A stretch of 64,000 nucleotides of DNA from Chitinophagaceae bacterium. GTDB taxonomy: Bacteria > Bacteroidota > Bacteroidia > Chitinophagales > Chitinophagaceae. A program made the translations under genes and the position numbers. A model generated the notes under the pieces. That model made no database searches. It was not told the origin of the DNA and saw only the letters and a list, made by a program, of their open reading frames with translations. This document shows positions 62,252 to 64,000 of this stretch, piece by piece. Numbering within the stretch: the stretch's first letter is position 1; the number at the start of each line of letters is the position of its first letter. The stretch is from positions 10,423-74,422 of the forward strand of contig JANPIE010000025.1 of assembly GCA_031424835.1 (NCBI GenBank). Direction: 5' to 3'.

Positions 62252-64000
62252 ATTGGTACCCATTCTCTTACTTTCTTCCGTTGCACCTCCACTTGTACGA
62301 CGGTTATCTTTGAATGTTTTACCAAACCGCCAGGTAAAAGCCAGGTTCAGCACCCTGGTATCCCTTGTGAGTTTAAAATATTCTGTTGCATGTTCAAATA
62401 TGGTGAATCCTTTCATGGCCTGTGTATAGAAGATATCACGCATATTGAGTTTCAGTGATGCCTTATTATTGAACAATTGTTTGGAAATACCTACGGATAA
62501 TTGCCCCGTAGGATCGGTGATCTCCTGCAGCTCCTGCTCACTTGTATTATAGAAGCCGCTTAATTCAAGGGCCCATCCTTTTTTCAAACGGAACTGGTTA
62601 CTCATATTAATGTTCATGGTGGTGAGCGCTGCAGTTAAAGGCGACCATACATATCCCTCTATTTTTTTATGATTGAAACTTGCAGAAAAATTCAGTGACC
62701 ATATTTTGGCAGGCTGCAATTGAGTGGTTACGGAAATTCCGTAATTCACCATCTTTCCCAGGTTGCCCTCTGAATACACGATGATATTATCGGGGTCCGC
62801 ATAAAAAATCTGCGAGAAATAATCCTTTGTGTAGCCATAGTTCAGGCTTGTGAACAACAAATCTTTGAAATTATGAGTAAACTCTAGGTTCCAGGTGTAT
62901 TGTGGTTTGAAAAATGGGTTGCCACGCTGGTAAGTGTATTTATTGATCACGAATACAAACGGGTTGAGCTTCTGGAACGCGGGCCTGTCTATTCTTCGTC
63001 CAGCGGTAAGGGTAAAACTATGGTTAGAATCTGCCTGCACGGTTAACATAGCGGAAGGAAACAAACCTTGGTACTGTTTTGAAAAAGAAGAATCTTTTCT
63101 AAGCGCATTACCTTTTTGGGTAGCGTCGTATGCTGTATTCTCATAGCGTAAACCACCCTGCAATGTCAGGTTACCACTTTGTTTATGCAGGTTGGCATAG
63201 ATGGCGTGGATGGTTTCATGGTAAATAAAGTGGTTGGTCTTGCCCAGGTCGGGCGAGTAGGCACCGGAAGTTTTTGTATAGTAGTCGGCCACATTATCGG
63301 TATTTACGCGAGCAGATTTCCAGCCTGTCTCCAGTTTGAAATCTTTGTTGAATGTTTGCGTGTAATCTGCTTTCCCGGAAAAAATCTGTACGTTGGCGGG
63401 CAGGAACCCTTTGAGCGCATCCGTAACCATGGCTCCATTGAGTGTATTCTCAAAGAATTGGTTGTTACCTATATCGTATCCTAAATAATCAAAATCAGCA
63501 CTCAGTTCCTGTGATTTGGAAAAACTATGCCGCAGGTTCAGGTTCAATCCCAGGTTCTGCCAGTCAGTACTGTTGTCACTGGTGGTGAGAATGGACGAAT
63601 CTGTTTGCCCGGATGCGTTGATCCAGTAGGCCGGACTGTTACCACCATTTGTTCTTCGCGAAAAAATACCATTGAGGGCCATGCCCAGGGTGGTTTTTTT
63701 AGAAAGGGTATAATCCATTCCCGTTTTGATGGTGTGGCTTTTGCCGTGCCCAAATAAAAACCCAGGTTGCTCATAGTATGATTTTACGGTCTTATCGTCA
63801 GTTGCATAGTAGGTTCTCCGTGCATACAGATCTGTAAAGCCGCGGTTACCGCCATAGCTATACGTTAGAAAAAGATTTACCGATTGGTTACGGTAATTCA
63901 GTAACAGGCTGTTGTTGGTTTTATAATAACGACCCTGGCCATACCCGAGTGTAAGGGTACCATTCAACCCCTGTGTGCGCAGTTTTTTTGTTTTGATATG
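62249..64000 (-). CDS. TonB-dependent receptor / outer-membrane beta-barrel family protein; 5' end outside the window
   Basis: Frame open to the edge (HIKTKKLRTQGLNGTL...); GLRYENT, RRIDRPAFQKLNPF, GNPFFKPQYT, and L.FTWRFGK with a C-terminal tail. Confidence 0.9.
   Translation of the reverse strand, partial: HIKTKKLRTQGLNGTLTLGYGQGRYYKTNNSLLLNYRNQSVNLFLTYSYGGNRGFTDLYARRTYYATDDKTVKSYYEQPGFLFGHGKSHTIKTGMDYTLSKKTTLGMALNGIFSRRTNGGNSPAYWINASGQTDSSILTTSDNSTDWQNLGLNLNLRHSFSKSQELSADFDYLGYDIGNNQFFENTLNGAMVTDALKGFLPANVQIFSGKADYTQTFNKDFKLETGWKSARVNTDNVADYYTKTSGAYSPDLGKTNHFIYHETIHAIYANLHKQSGNLTLQGGLRYENTAYDATQKGNALRKDSSFSKQYQGLFPSAMLTVQADSNHSFTLTAGRRIDRPAFQKLNPFVFVINKYTYQRGNPFFKPQYTWNLEFTHNFKDLLFTSLNYGYTKDYFSQIFYADPDNIIVYSEGNLGKMVNYGISVTTQLQPAKIWSLNFSASFNHKKIEGYVWSPLTAALTTMNINMSNQFRLKKGWALELSGFYNTSEQELQEITDPTGQLSVGISKQLFNNKASLKLNMRDIFYTQAMKGFTIFEHATEYFKLTRDTRVLNLAFTWRFGKTFKDNRRTSGGATEESKRMGTN

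Noticed and set aside
1-64000. tRNA, rRNA, prophage, IS, integrase or defence island
   Set aside because: No cloverleaf or T-arm motifs in the intergenic gaps, no transposase, integrase, phage or defence protein motifs, and no obvious compositional break by eye.

Overview
Core-chromosome window from a Bacteroidota genome, most likely Chitinophagaceae. The assignment rests on SusC/SusD pairs, a T9SS type-B cargo with PorP/SprF, TAnnTTTG promoter boxes and the absence of Shine-Dalgarno motifs. It holds about 47 CDS. Housekeeping genes: rpoN, gatB, alaS, ppc, mnmD, purD and mreB-mreC-mreD-mrdA-rodA. Envelope and uptake genes: two tandem SusC/SusD pairs with no CAZymes, a 1868-aa PKD/T9SS protein plus PorP/SprF, an MMPL exporter, two further TonB-dependent receptors, divergent POT and OPT peptide transporters, DUF1800/DUF1501, and an ECF sigma / anti-sigma-like / Spy-like trio. 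There is also an orphan KdnA-like (Kdo8N) aminotransferase. Two edge genes are truncated: a periplasmic amidohydrolase at 1..1106 (missing from the ORF track) and a TonB receptor running off the right edge. I found no rRNA, tRNA, CRISPR array, transposase or integrase. The strongest unexplained signal is non-coding. About 11 intergenic spacers carry degenerate tandem 7-mer arrays from at least six sequence-unrelated families (CGTGAGA, GTACGAA, GCTGTTA, TAGTCCA, GTTTGGW, AATWTYG, plus a GATTGCA/TCCAAAA type). About five more sites carry 9/10-mer arrays. Most are arranged as inverted pairs, several abut or supply stop codons, and one 9-mer array lies in frame inside a signal peptide. All counts were made by eye; no alignments or database searches were run.
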